The notes under the pieces: generated by a model
Told to the model about the DNA's origin: nothing
Seen by the model: the letters and a program-made list of their open reading frames with translations, nothing else
The model's database searches: none
Translations under genes and position numbers: made by a program
Part shown: piece after piece, positions 53,801 to 64,000 of the stretch
Position numbering within the stretch: the stretch's first letter is position 1
Layout: every line of letters begins with the position of its first letter
Assembly (NCBI GenBank): GCA_037447605.1
Contig: CM074807.1
Span: forward strand, 3,298,829-3,362,828
Reading direction: 5' to 3'
From: Zygnema circumcarinatum SAG 698-1b
Lineage: Eukaryota > Plantae > Zygnematophyceae
DNA: 64,000 nt

Positions 53801-56613
53801 AACATAACTTCTTGCTCCCTTGTTTCCATTTCTGAAGGCTCTGAGATTGAAGTTGGACCAGATACCCTGACAGGTTCTGAAACAGCTTCCGTTATCTCTC
53901 TTCCGGGAGACGCAGTCACGGTAGTAGTACCTCGATTACTCAAAATCTGAGATGATCTTCTGCCTTCGTCTGCACCGCCGGAGGAACCCTCCAACAGAAA
54001 CTGCGCCTTCTGTAACGAGGATGCGGAAAGTGAATCCACAGGCTTTCCTGAAGCCATAGTAAATAGACTGAGTTGCTTGTTGGCTGAATTTCCATTTGAA
54101 TCATTCCCCTGCTGCATACGTGCCGCAGATATGTCCATAGCTTCCAGAAATGGATGTAGTGATTTCAATCGCCCTCCCTCTTCCTGTTCCTGTTCCTGTT
54201 TGCCGTCCTGGCCAGTGGCTGGATTATCCAATGGGTCTCCCAAAAAAGCCATTGCTCTCTGTAGGGAAACGGTGGATGCAAGCTGAACAGGCTTCCCCGA
54301 TGCAGTAGTGAAGAGGGCATTTCGCTGCTCTTGTAGTCCTTCTGGGATGTTAAGGATATCCCCTGAAAGAGCCTTCACTTTCTGCGAGGACCCTGTCGAT
54401 GATGAGATAGCCGGTTTCACCGATGTCGTGGTGAAAGGAGCGGAATCTCCATTCTGATCACCTCTTGCTTTATTCACAAAATGCGTTTTTACAATTGCCG
54501 ATTTCATTGACGAGAATTGACCAAGTTTTTGCGAAGGAGGAGCGATCTGCACGTCCTTTGCTGAACTTGAGATATTGAAAAAATCACCAGATATGTGTGG
54601 CTCCACAGCGGAAGTTTGAAGGGGATCCCCCAGTAAAGCCTTCGCTCTTTCCAGAGATTCGACAGATGAAGAAATGACAGGCTTCCCGGAAGCAGTAGTG
54701 AAGAGTCCCTGCCCTCCATCTTGCCTTTTTCCGGCAAAGTTGAGAACGGAATCCTGCATCGAAGTTTGTTCCCTTGCTGAGGAGTTCATGAAGGAAGGAT
54801 GTACAATCGTTTCAGGAATGACGGAGTAGCCATCTGTCAGCTTTTTCCTCTTTAGAGACGGATTATCCAAAGCTCCCGTTGTGGCATCTGAGCCCTGCGA
54901 AGACTGCATCAAGCAGGAAATTTGTCAATGTGAATTTATTTGAAGTTTCTATTCCTAAAAAAGGGTTGGGTTCAAGCTCTTCCTCTCGTTTTTCTTTTTG
55001 CCTAAAAATTTACAAAGCTCACCTTCCATGTTGGCTGCAATACTTGCGGTTGCGCCATCCGCATGCCTGCTATTCTTCGTATCTCGGAATAATTCCTTCG
55101 GAGTTTAGAGACCAAAGGAGGGTATCCCGGACTTGGCACCTTTGTGAAATTTGTGATATCCTGCACGAGAGAGACACGAGAAACGTATATTGATCCTGTT
55201 TGTTCGACACTCACTGCCTTCATCACTTCGTAAGCAAAAACAATCAACAACCACCCTATGCAGAGTGACATGTTACCTGTACTGGTCCCCCTTGAGAGTA
55301 TAGATAGTCAGCCAAGGCTTCAGAGTCTATAAGCGCTTTATTTTCACTACAATGGTCAGCGACGTCAAAGCACATAGGAAGGGCCACATTTTTTGGTCCC
55401 AAAGTTGATTCAGTTGGTACAATTGGAGCGATTCCAGTGAAGGTTGCTGCAGCCTTCACTTCTAAATAGGCTGATTCACATTCTGTGCCGTGTTGGTCGG
55501 ACTTAGAGATGCCATGAACTAATGAATGTGGATTCGGAAGAGAGGTAATTCCGCTTGTTGTAATGGATTGCACAATTGGAGCTTCATTGGCATCATCTGC
55601 TGTTGAAGCTGCTGGAAAGGTGTTCAGAACGGACTGATTTGCAGAGGAGCAAGGTCGCGCTGCAGTTGTGAAGCTTTCATCGACTTCTTTCTCCTGGTCA
55701 TCATCGTCAGAGTTATCTGCAAGATCATCATCATTTCAATTTTCAATCAAAACCAGAGGAGATCTGATCGCTGTCGTTCTCATTCAAGTAGTTTTACGCT
55801 GTGTCATGCATTAAATTTCAGGCACATTTTTTTGACATCGCATGTTTGATAGAATGTTTGGTGGTTGCTTTTACTCAGCCTTGTTGAGCTTTGATGCTGA
55901 AACGGTTCAAAAAACGGCTGAGATAAAATTTCAGTTATGAAAAGGAAGCTAACGAAGAAATGCCGGCTCAATGCCTAAACACTGCGATACTTAATGAAGT
56001 TTGTTCAGGCTTACAGGAAACAATTGTGATCTTTGCCAAACAGCTGCCACTGATTAAGTAATTATCTAAGCCTAAATCCAGACCGTTGCGCATCTACGCT
56101 TCAACGTCCTCAACAGCTGCACTTGTTCAGGATATAAATTTTATGGTTCTGCTTACAAAAGAAGCGTCCAATTTGAATAGAAAGCTATTGTTCCTGCTCT
56201 CATTAAAAAAAAAAAAAAAAAAACTTAACAGTAGAGCTAAAGTTTATCCTACTGTTTTCATTACTTGACTCCTTGTAATGCTGGATTCAAAGCCAAAACA
56301 GTAGAGAAAACCAGCAACTCACACACTTAAATCCAAGTTATTGTAAGCAAGATTGTTTGCATATTCCAGCAGGTAACTTTCCCCCGTTCACGAAGGCTTC
56401 AAAATAAAACGGGGCAGCCATCGTACCAGCTGGCGGCAGAGACTTCAGAAACTCTTCCAATTGGGAGTTCTGAGTCTCAGCAGCATTCAGACACTCTGAA
56501 AATGAAGGAAGGCTGCGCAATGTGCCTTGACACTTATTTGGAGCAGCCTCCATCCCTCCCTCCCTCCTTTCCTCTCTGCAGAGCCTCCATTCTCCTCCTC
56601 CTTCATCCGGCAT
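46088..56613 (-). CDS. BRCA2: BRCA2 homologue with 8 BRC repeats and helical/OB-fold DNA-binding domain, about 1776 aa, 19 exons
   Basis: F-x-T/S-A-S-G-K BRC repeats lie in exon 54903-52787. DNA-binding domain motifs: EWVKNHYRWIVWKLACYE, LKYRYEREIN, IEVTDGWY, GKLFIGQKLR, NGTHRAKWSAKLGF, RRYPPVYRER, RDVTPMMRLRV, EFDTAALVVHVG. Exons 56613-56427, 55716-55277, 54903-52787, 52496-52211, 52001-51826, 51567-51445, 51273-51046, 50682-50601, 50241-50191, 50002-49927, 49602-49494, 49337-49266, 49075-48871, 48657-48424, 48279-48122, 47907-47845, 47448-47235, 46881-46711, 46426-46088 sum to 5331 nt in frame. Confidence 0.95.
50729..50800 (+). repeat. (GA)n microsatellite in a BRCA2 intron
   Basis: Perfect AG run of about 35 units. 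Confidence 0.95.
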
Positions 56614-57019
56614 GCAACTCACACTGTACAGAGGGAACATTCGGCTGCTCACATACATAGAGGAGGAGGAACGAGAGAGAGAGATAAAAATTAGGAGAGA
56701 GTGAGATACATGTTCTTTTAAAAATAAAAAATAAAATTACTGCTATGGAAATATAGAATGTTGACTCGGTGCAGGGACAAATATTTCCTGAAGTGAAAAA
56801 AAATTGAATGAACAAAATTTCTAAAATTTGAATGAGCAAAATCCCTCCCTCCCTCCCCAAGTGAGAGCTTGAAAGGGCACCTACTAAAGCAAAATCAATC
56901 AGAACCTGCCACGTATGCAACTGTGATGACATGGCTCCCTGTGATTGGTCTGACCTTGAATTTGATACCTTTCTTCGCGGGAGAAAGCCAGGGCCAAAAT
57001 GGCGCCAAGCGCTGAAGTT

Positions 57020-57255
57020 CAAAATATCGATCCCATATCGAAATATACGCTAGATGCGATATATCGTATACGGTATTAGGATATTATATCGGGAAACTTG
57101 GACTCGACAACCTCGATATGGTCGACAATATCGAAATATATTGTTCAACGATATTTCTTCTCAAATATATCGATATCCATATAAGAGTCTGGATTTTTCG
57201 ATATGTATCGTATCGTAATTTTTCTATACTGAATTGCATCTTCATACGATACACT
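57020..57255. repeat. AT-rich tract dense in ATATCG/CGATAT motifs in both orientations
   Basis: About ten ATATCG/CGATAT/GTATCG words fall within about 230 bp. Possibly a decayed non-autonomous DNA transposon; no TIR or TSD identified. Confidence 0.5.
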
Positions 57256-57311
57256 TCCAAAGGAGGCACTTTCTGTGACCATGAAAAGAACAAAAAACTT
57301 TTTTTTTTTCG

Positions 57312-57342
<31 letters not shown>

Positions 57343-57796
57343 TGTTCTCGTTCATGTTAATCGTTCCGTCTCTTCACTTGACGAACTTAGTGCGCAGGAC
57401 TTCAACATTTCTGTATTTTGGTACGAAAGTGAATTGATGTATGTGGTCAAATTCATACTCATGTTCATGTTCAAATGCGCTGCCACATTCATAAAGCTCG
57501 TCGCATATGCATGCATGTGTAAGAAGATTTTGAGGAAGATATTTGCAACTCAAAATTTGCATCCAAATCAATATAGTTTTGAGCCCTCACAATTCAACCA
57601 AATCTTTAGAAAGAAAGAGAAAGAAAGGTTAGGTAACATTAGGGTTGGCAAAAAAGTCGAGTGGCCAAAAAACTATCAAAACTGGCCCTCCTTTCGCTCA
57701 TATTCACAATGCACCCTTACCCCCCCCCCAACAAGTGCTTATTGTTGTTATGGCTATTTCATCCTCCACCTCTTCCTCCCTTTCTACTCACAATCC

Positions 57797-58295
57797 TCAA
57801 TACGCTGAAGAGGGAGAGTCATAGTCGTAAGGCCCCCTATATGGAGACCTGTTTGCCGTCCTTTCCACATATTCCGCAAAATTGCCTCCCGACCTGTACA
57901 CGGGCGACTGGGAGGTTGCACCCAATCCTGGTGGTCCCCCAACCATCCTATTGGCAGGAGTAGTAGGAGTTGAAGGAGTGGCGGGAGTGATGGGAGGAGG
58001 GGCTGCCGGACTCCGATCATATATTTTGACTAAGAGGGCTATGAGACATATGCCCAAAATGGTGACAAACAGGATCAGGAGAGACCTCATTGAGAGGTAC
58101 GGCATGATGAAGGAGAGAATGTCCCATAATGGGAGGCCAGTTTTGGCGTGGTAGGCGAGACGGAGCTCCACCTGTTGACCTGCACAGTTACCACAAGGGA
58201 ATATGATTCACGGAGAGGAGACAGTGGGGAGGAGGGAGGGAGGGGTGGCAAGGAGGTGGGAGGAAAAGAGAGAGAGAGAGAGAGCNNNNNNNNNN

Positions 58296-58343
<48 letters not shown>

Positions 58344-58950
58344 GGAGGAGATTGGGATACAGGGAGAAGGGGGGAAGGGAGAGCGAGAGCGAGAAAGAGA
58401 TGCAAAGTGCAAGGTGTGCGAGTGGGACTGCAAAGAGGGGGGGGAAGGGTGGGAGAGAAAGACAGGCAAGAGGCGAGATAAAAAGAAATTTCCCACCCGG
58501 CATTTTTGGACTTGTTTTGTTTCCATATACGATAGTGGAAGTGGGAATGAAGGAGTGGAGTACCTGTTGTCGGGAGAGTGAAGTTGACGGTGTCAGTGAA
58601 TGATGTGGTGAAGCGGCGGACCTTCACCTGCTCCACATGGAACAGCATGGATCTGCACTGTGAATCGTCATATCTTTGCATGTGCAAATATTGTAAAAAT
58701 ATATGTAAGGAACTAGGTACGAATGTATGCATGGCCGTACTTTGTGCATATGTATGTATATATGTGTATATGTTGCACAGGATAAAGCATATGAAGCATT
58801 GAATCTCCACAAAGAATGCAACTCACCTGGTAGATGGCATTGCCTGTCAAGCCGCCAACAAAGCTCACACGTTTTATGTCCAAGGCATTCTTCTGTTCCC
58901 ACTCACATTTCAGTGACCCTGAACAACATAAAACACGCTCTTCACACGAT

Positions 58951-59012
<62 letters not shown>

Positions 59013-62000
59013 GAGGCGCCCTGCAAGGGAGGGACCAAAAACTAAACGGCTCTAATGCGACAGTTTACGGCTTGCAACACCCTGCGACGGATTTGCGAGA
59101 GAGAGATGATTGTGCTGAAATGAAGTGCTCAGCCTCTCTTGTTTTGGGCCTTTTCTTAGGATTCGCCCTGAATCGTACCGACATTTCCCACGAGTGTCAG
59201 TCGGCTCTCATTGGTCGAGGGCGACATGAGCACCTGCAAAGGCGTTGAACGAACGTTAAATCTGAACTATCCTCGTATTGCACACTGTGCAAAAGAGCGC
59301 TCTTTATCGCAGTACTGTAGTAGCTCCTTAAGATTTTCAACAGAGGGAGAGAAAGAGAGAGTGAGACCCACTGTTGAAGGTGCATCCACAAGTGAGAATC
59401 CACCGACAAAAGTGACAGTAGCTCTCCCACTAATAGGGGATGGGCCCTCCGTGACAGCTGTCACAGTCATCTGCAGCTCCCCCTTTGAGGCTTCCTCCCT
59501 TTCAGCCTTTGAACCCAAAACGGCCAAAAGGAGGTCCTCGGGAGAGGCAGGTCTGAACTCGCAGTAGTGGATCCTTGTCGCTCTGTCGTAGTAAGGGGTA
59601 CAGCTCCTGCGAGAGGGGGGGAGAGGCAGCGAGAGAGAGCGAGAGAGAGAGAGCGAAAGAGAGAGAAAGAGAGCGAAAGAGAGAGAGAGAGAGNNNNNNN
59701 NNNTAACCCTAACCCCTAACCCTAACCTCTAACGCTTAACCCTAAACCCTAACCCTAACCCCTAACCCTAAACCCTAACCCTAACCCCTAACCCCTACCC
59801 TAACCCCTAACCCTATCCCCTAACCCTAACCCCTAATCCTAACCCCAAACCCTAACCCTAACCCCTAACCCCCAAACCCTAACCCACACCCTAAACCCTA
59901 ACCCTAGCCCTACACCCTGCCACGTGGCCCGCACCCGAAGAGGACTGGAAAGCGGTATCCGGTTCGCTGCTCTTTTGGACCGTTGGAGAGCTTCGGCACT
60001 CCGGGGGGGAAGAGCACCGTGACACCTGTCACGCTCAATACGGTCGCCCGCGTGCTCACATGCACTCCGTTTCCGTTGAAACTGACTGCCAACAGAAGCG
60101 CAGCCCGCGAATGAACATAGAAACCAAATCACGAGAAAAAATCAAAAAAAGGAGACTAAAAAGGAATCATTGAATTGGAATTCGCTTTGAATTTGGGTTA
60201 CCGTATTATTCCAGAGAAGCAGGGTTTAGGGATTCAAGGTTGGGGGTTTAGGGTTTCAGGTTCAGAGTAAAAAGGTCTAGGGTTGATTTAAGGTTTAGGC
60301 TTTGGGATACAGATCAGGGCTTCCGAGTCGTTAGCATTTAGGGTTTAGGGTTGAAGAATTAGGGTCTATGGTTGAAGGTTTAGGGCTGAAAGATTAGGGT
60401 TTAGGGTGTAAGGTTTAGGGTTTAGGGTTGAAATATTTGGCTTAAGGGTTCAAGGTTTAGGGTTTAGGGCTGAAAAATCCGGGTTTAGGGTTGAAGGATT
60501 AGGGTTTAGGGTTGAAGGATTAGGTTTTAGGGATTAAGGTTCAGGGTTTAGGGCTGAAAAATTAGAGTTTAGGGTTGAAGGATTAGGGTTTAGGGTTCAA
60601 GGATTAGGGGTTTAGGGTTTGAGGGTTAGGGTTTAGGGTTGATGATTAGGGTTTAGGGTTGAAGATTAGGGTTTAGGGTTTGAGGGTTAGGGTTTAGGGA
60701 TGAAGATTAGGGTTTAGGGTAAAAGGATTAGGGTTTGGGTTCAGGTCCCATACTCAGCGCGGTCCCTTCCCCCGCGGCGCGAGCCTCTCCCGATTTGGGG
60801 TCCACAAAGAGGACACTTCCGTCGCTAGAGCGCCACTCTCCGTCCACTCGCTCTGCGGGGCGGGGCGGGGGATGGAGAAGGTTAGGGTTAGGATTAGGGT
60901 TAGGATTAGGGTTAGGATTAAGGTTAGGATTAGAGTTAGGATTAGGGTTGGGATTAGGGTTAGGATTAGGGTTGGGATTAGGGTTAGGATTAGGGTTAGG
61001 ATTAGGGTTAGGATTAGGGTTAGGATTAGGGTTAGGATTAGGGTTAGGATTAGGATTAGGGTTGGGATTAGGGTAGGCTTGGGATTAGGGTTAGGATTAG
61101 GGTTAGGATTAGGGTTAGGGTTAGGATTAGGATTAGGGTTAGGATTAGGGTTAGGATTAGGGTTAGGATTAGGGTTAGGATTAGGGTTAGGATTAGGGTT
61201 AGGATTAGGGTTAGGATTAGGGTTAGGATTAGGGTTAGGATTAGGGTTAGGATTAGGGTTAGGATTAGGGTTAGGATTAGGGTTAGGATTAGGGTTAGGA
61301 TTAGGGTTAGGATTAGGGTTAGGATTAGGGTCAGGATTAGGGTTAGGATTAGGGTTAGGATTAGGGTTAGGATTAGGGTTAGGATTAGGGTTAGGATTAG
61401 GGTTAGGATTAGGGTTAGGTTTAGGATTCGGATAAGGGTTAGGATTAGGGTTAGAATTAGGGTTCGGGTCGGTTGAACGCTGTAGGGTTCAGCATTTGAG
61501 GGTTTAGGGGCTTACCGCGTCCGCTGATGGAGAAGTTCACACGGCCTCCCACGTGGAGGGACGGATTCTGCGGATGCAGATAGTCTCCCACATGAACCTG
61601 CAGAGAGAGAGAGAGGGGGGGGGGGAGGAGGAGGGGGAGGAAGAGACAGAGATAGGGGTAAAGATGAACCCTAAAATCCTCGAAATTTTTAGCATTACTA
61701 TCATGAACCTTAAACCCTAACAATCAATAACGAAGACCTTAAATAGGTACGGCACGTTACTAAACCATGAAAGGGATTAGACCCTAATCTGGAAAGCTAT
61801 TGAAAATAACCCTAATAGTGTACCTTCTAAGAAGCCTGCGCGTTTGAAATTCCAAGACTTGAACCCAGACTTCAAACCCTCGAAAATCCCCCTAAAATTG
61901 GAATAAGCCACTAACCACAAAGTAGTCGACTATCTCTGGAAACTTGCGTGAGCGCACACGAATAATAGCCGCTCCTTGACTGCTTCCCTGTGGGAGAGAA

Positions 62001-63854
62001 CACACACACAGGCACACAATGTCAAACCATTGCTCTCTCTCTCTCTCCCTCTTTCCCTCCCTCCCTCCGTCCCTCCCTCCCTCCCTCTCAGCACACACTC
62101 ACAGACGCAATCTCTCTCTCTCTCACACAGGTATGAAATGTTCTCTATATACAATGCGAATAAAGGGATCTTGCGAATGATTCCAGGACCTCAACCAAGG
62201 CCATGTGTATGGCGATTTCGAGAGTATGAGGTAGTCCTTAGATGAGGAGAAGTGGGAAAGGGAGGGAGAGAGGAAGGGAAAGAGAGAGATGGAGGGGCAG
62301 GGGACAGCGGAAAGCGAGAAGGGGAAAGAATGAGAGAAAGGGTGAGAGAGGGGAAGAGAGTGGAGAAGAACAAGTGTGGGGAGGTGGGGGGGGGGGGAAG
62401 AGGGAAAGAGGAGTGAGAGGTAGAGAAGGGAGGAACAACCGCAGGAGAGACAGGCGAGAGATGAGGGAATGGAGAGGGAAAGAGGGAAGCGAGAGTGGGG
62501 GGACGAGCGATAGGCGGGAGGGACAGAGAGGGAGAGGGAGAGGGAGAGGGAGAGGGAGAGGGAGTGGGAGAGAGAGACGAACCTCCACAAGGAGAGAGGC
62601 TTTGATAGGAGGAGTGGTTCCAAGCTCCACCTTCAGCTTCACCACATCGAAGTGATTTGTCTCCACTAAGAACTCTCCCTCCTCTCTCGCTCCCTCAAAA
62701 AAGGGAGCTCCTGCTCATCCCCCACTTATATTCATCATCATAAAAAAATCCTATGATTAAATCTCGACATTGCAAGTATACATCCTGTACAATTTTTTGA
62801 CATCTGTACGGACCTAGCAATACAAAAACCAGAACGATTTTTTTTTCCTAAAATCCCAAAGCTCAAAAAGGCACAAACCAAAGGTTTTTGTACCGAATTA
62901 CAGGCTCGTTCTTTATTGAAAGAGAGGAGAAGACAGTTTTGCCTTTTTTTTTTTTTTTCCAGATAACTTTTTGCTACTAACCAATCCTGTTTTTGAAAGT
63001 AACAGCGAACCCCTGCGAGCTTCCAACGGAGAGCTCTCCTGAATGGTGGAAAATTCCGTTGCCTCCAACAGTCATATGTGCGACCTGTTAGCGTCTCAGA
63101 ATGAACAAGAAATTAAAAAGGAAAAAAAAAAAAACAAACGAGCATCGATATGATAAATAAATCTAAAAACTAGCAAAAACAAAAAAAAGGAGCAAGCATC
63201 GTTACTTGCTGTGCAAGATAAAAAAAAAATGAAAATTTTAAAAATTTTCACACCTCTGAAACCTGAACATATCTTGCAAAGTCGATTTGACCTCTCTCTG
63301 CCTTCTTCACCGAAAGCAAGGCCACGTTCGGGCGGCTGAAAGTTTTTATTCTGCCCGGCTCCACCAGGGCAGCAGTCGGAAAAGTTTTGTCTTCCTGCCC
63401 GGAACCCCATTCAATCCGCTTTTGAGAGCGATGGCATTTTTTTAAAAAGAGGGAAAAAAAACTAAACATTAGGTCAAAGGGCTACATGTGGTAACTCGAG
63501 AATTATCATTAGAATTGGCATACAGTTGTAATAGTCTTAGTTTTTGTTAAGATTAGTTTTATAAGGGCAAGCTTAATCAAGATTAGTTATATTGGGGTCA
63601 TTATTAGGGCTTGATTTAGGTCAAAAGGGAGCACCTGTATGAGCTTATATTCCACTCCTTCCCCATATTGAGGGAGGATGGGAGAGGAGAGGTAGTCAAC
63701 GGGGAGGAGCCAACCACAGGACTGACATAGAACGGGGGGGTCCGCCACCACCGTTACAGTTTCCGCTGAGTGGTACTGCTTCATTGTGGGCTTACCGGAG
63801 AAGCTACGGAAATCACATGTAAAGGACAGTTTGAGATTTGTGGAACCGGCGGAT
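57797..63854 (-). CDS. NUP210: Nuclear pore membrane glycoprotein GP210/NUP210, 3' portion (gene starts beyond the window)
   Basis: Ig-like repeat segments match plant GP210 (VVADPP, VETNHFDVV, VGDYLHPQNPSLHVG, WRSSDGSVLFVDPKSGEARAAGEG, GYRFPVLF). There is a single C-terminal TM helix (SLLILFVTILGICLIALLVKIY) and a tail with FAEYVERT. Phase-consistent exons: 63854-63635, 63418-63263, 63084-62982, 62710-62583, 61987-61916, 61597-61516, 60852-60754, 60085-59935, 59606-59372, 59233-59179, 58918-58827, 58627-58564, 58179-57797. Confidence 0.92.
58286..58295. other. Assembly gap (10 N) inside a GA tract
   Basis: Run of N. Confidence 0.99.
59011..59098 (+). mobile_element. 88-bp dispersed repeat, copy 2 (between GA tracts, in a GP210 intron)
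   Basis: About 93% identical to 33412-33499. Confidence 0.7.
59694..59703. other. Assembly gap (10 N) between a GA tract and the CCCTAA array
   Basis: Run of N. Confidence 0.99.
59704..59918 (-). repeat. Telomere-like array (CCCTAA/CCCCTAA/CCCTAAA mix on +) in GP210 intron 59934-59607
   Basis: Read directly from the sequence; it abuts the N gap at 59694-59703. Confidence 0.95.
60225..60740 (+). repeat. Degenerate TTTAGGG array with a 21-bp higher-order unit (TTAGGGTTTAGGGTTGAAGGA) in GP210 intron 60753-60086
   Basis: Read directly; the unit is clearest at about 60480-60720. Confidence 0.92.
60881..61452 (+). repeat. (TTAGGGTTAGGA)n 12-bp telomere-like array, about 47 units, in GP210 intron 61515-60853
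   Basis: Nearly perfect alternation of TTAGGG and TTAGGA. Confidence 0.96.
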
Positions 63855-63910
63855 CTGAACATGGAAAACAGTTCAGGGGGTTGTAGGGGCTGTAAGGGTT
63901 TTTTCTTTTT

Positions 63911-63943
<33 letters not shown>

Positions 63944-63953
63944 NNNNNNNNNN
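63944..63953. other. Assembly gap (10 N) after a poly-G run
   Basis: Run of N. Confidence 0.99.
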
Positions 63954-64000
63954 GGAGAAATGGGGAGAGAAGGAATTTGGAATTTGGCAAGAGAAGTAGA

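Noticed and set aside
55560-55716. Apparent stop or frameshift in BRCA2 exon 2, since the ORF track starts only at 55573
   Set aside because: The frame is open from the acceptor at 55716 (…DDANEAPIVQS…); the track simply needed a start codon.
59704-59918. A true chromosome end or telomere-telomere fusion site
   Set aside because: GP210 exons continue in phase on both sides, and the orientation (CCCTAA then TTAGGG) is opposite to a fusion signature. The adjacent N gap leaves some doubt.
60735-61435. (LG)n and (RV/RI)n ORFs
   Set aside because: Translations of the telomere-like 12-mer array.
63915-63943. Poly-G run as a G4 element
   Set aside because: It directly abuts an N gap, so it may be a sequencing or assembly artefact.

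Overview
Eukaryotic, intron-rich (GT-AG), microsatellite-rich nuclear DNA from a streptophyte. The gene set and the strong divergence from angiosperm proteins suggest a non-seed lineage, plausibly a zygnematophycean alga; this is inference, not a database result. I built exon chains by hand and checked splice sites and reading-frame phase. In order: a class II formin (PTEN-like/C2/FH1/FH2, minus, 17 exons), a cytosolic acetoacetyl-CoA thiolase (plus, 13 exons), a REF/SRPP lipid-droplet protein LDAP (plus, 3 exons), an unidentified coiled-coil protein with a hydrophobic anchor (minus), an organellar uL18-like protein (plus, 2 exons), an RluA/RluD-type pseudouridine synthase (plus, 7 exons), a YABBY transcription factor with both domains (minus), an intronless F-box/LRR gene broken by one in-frame TAA (plus), BRCA2 (minus, 19 exons) and the 3' part of nuclear pore glycoprotein GP210/NUP210 (minus, runs off the window). 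Most long ORFs in the supplied track are translations of (GA)n, (CCCCT)n or telomere-like repeats. Best leads: (1) a YABBY with seed-plant intron positions in an apparently non-seed genome; (2) three or four consecutive GP210 introns filled with different telomere-like arrays in opposing orientations; (3) eight BRC repeats in BRCA2, seven with a one-residue spacer insertion; (4) about 19 [18 protein letters not shown] units in the formin FH1; (5) an 88-bp dispersed element attached to (GA)n tracts. No rRNA, tRNA or CRISPR array was seen. There are three 10-N assembly gaps.
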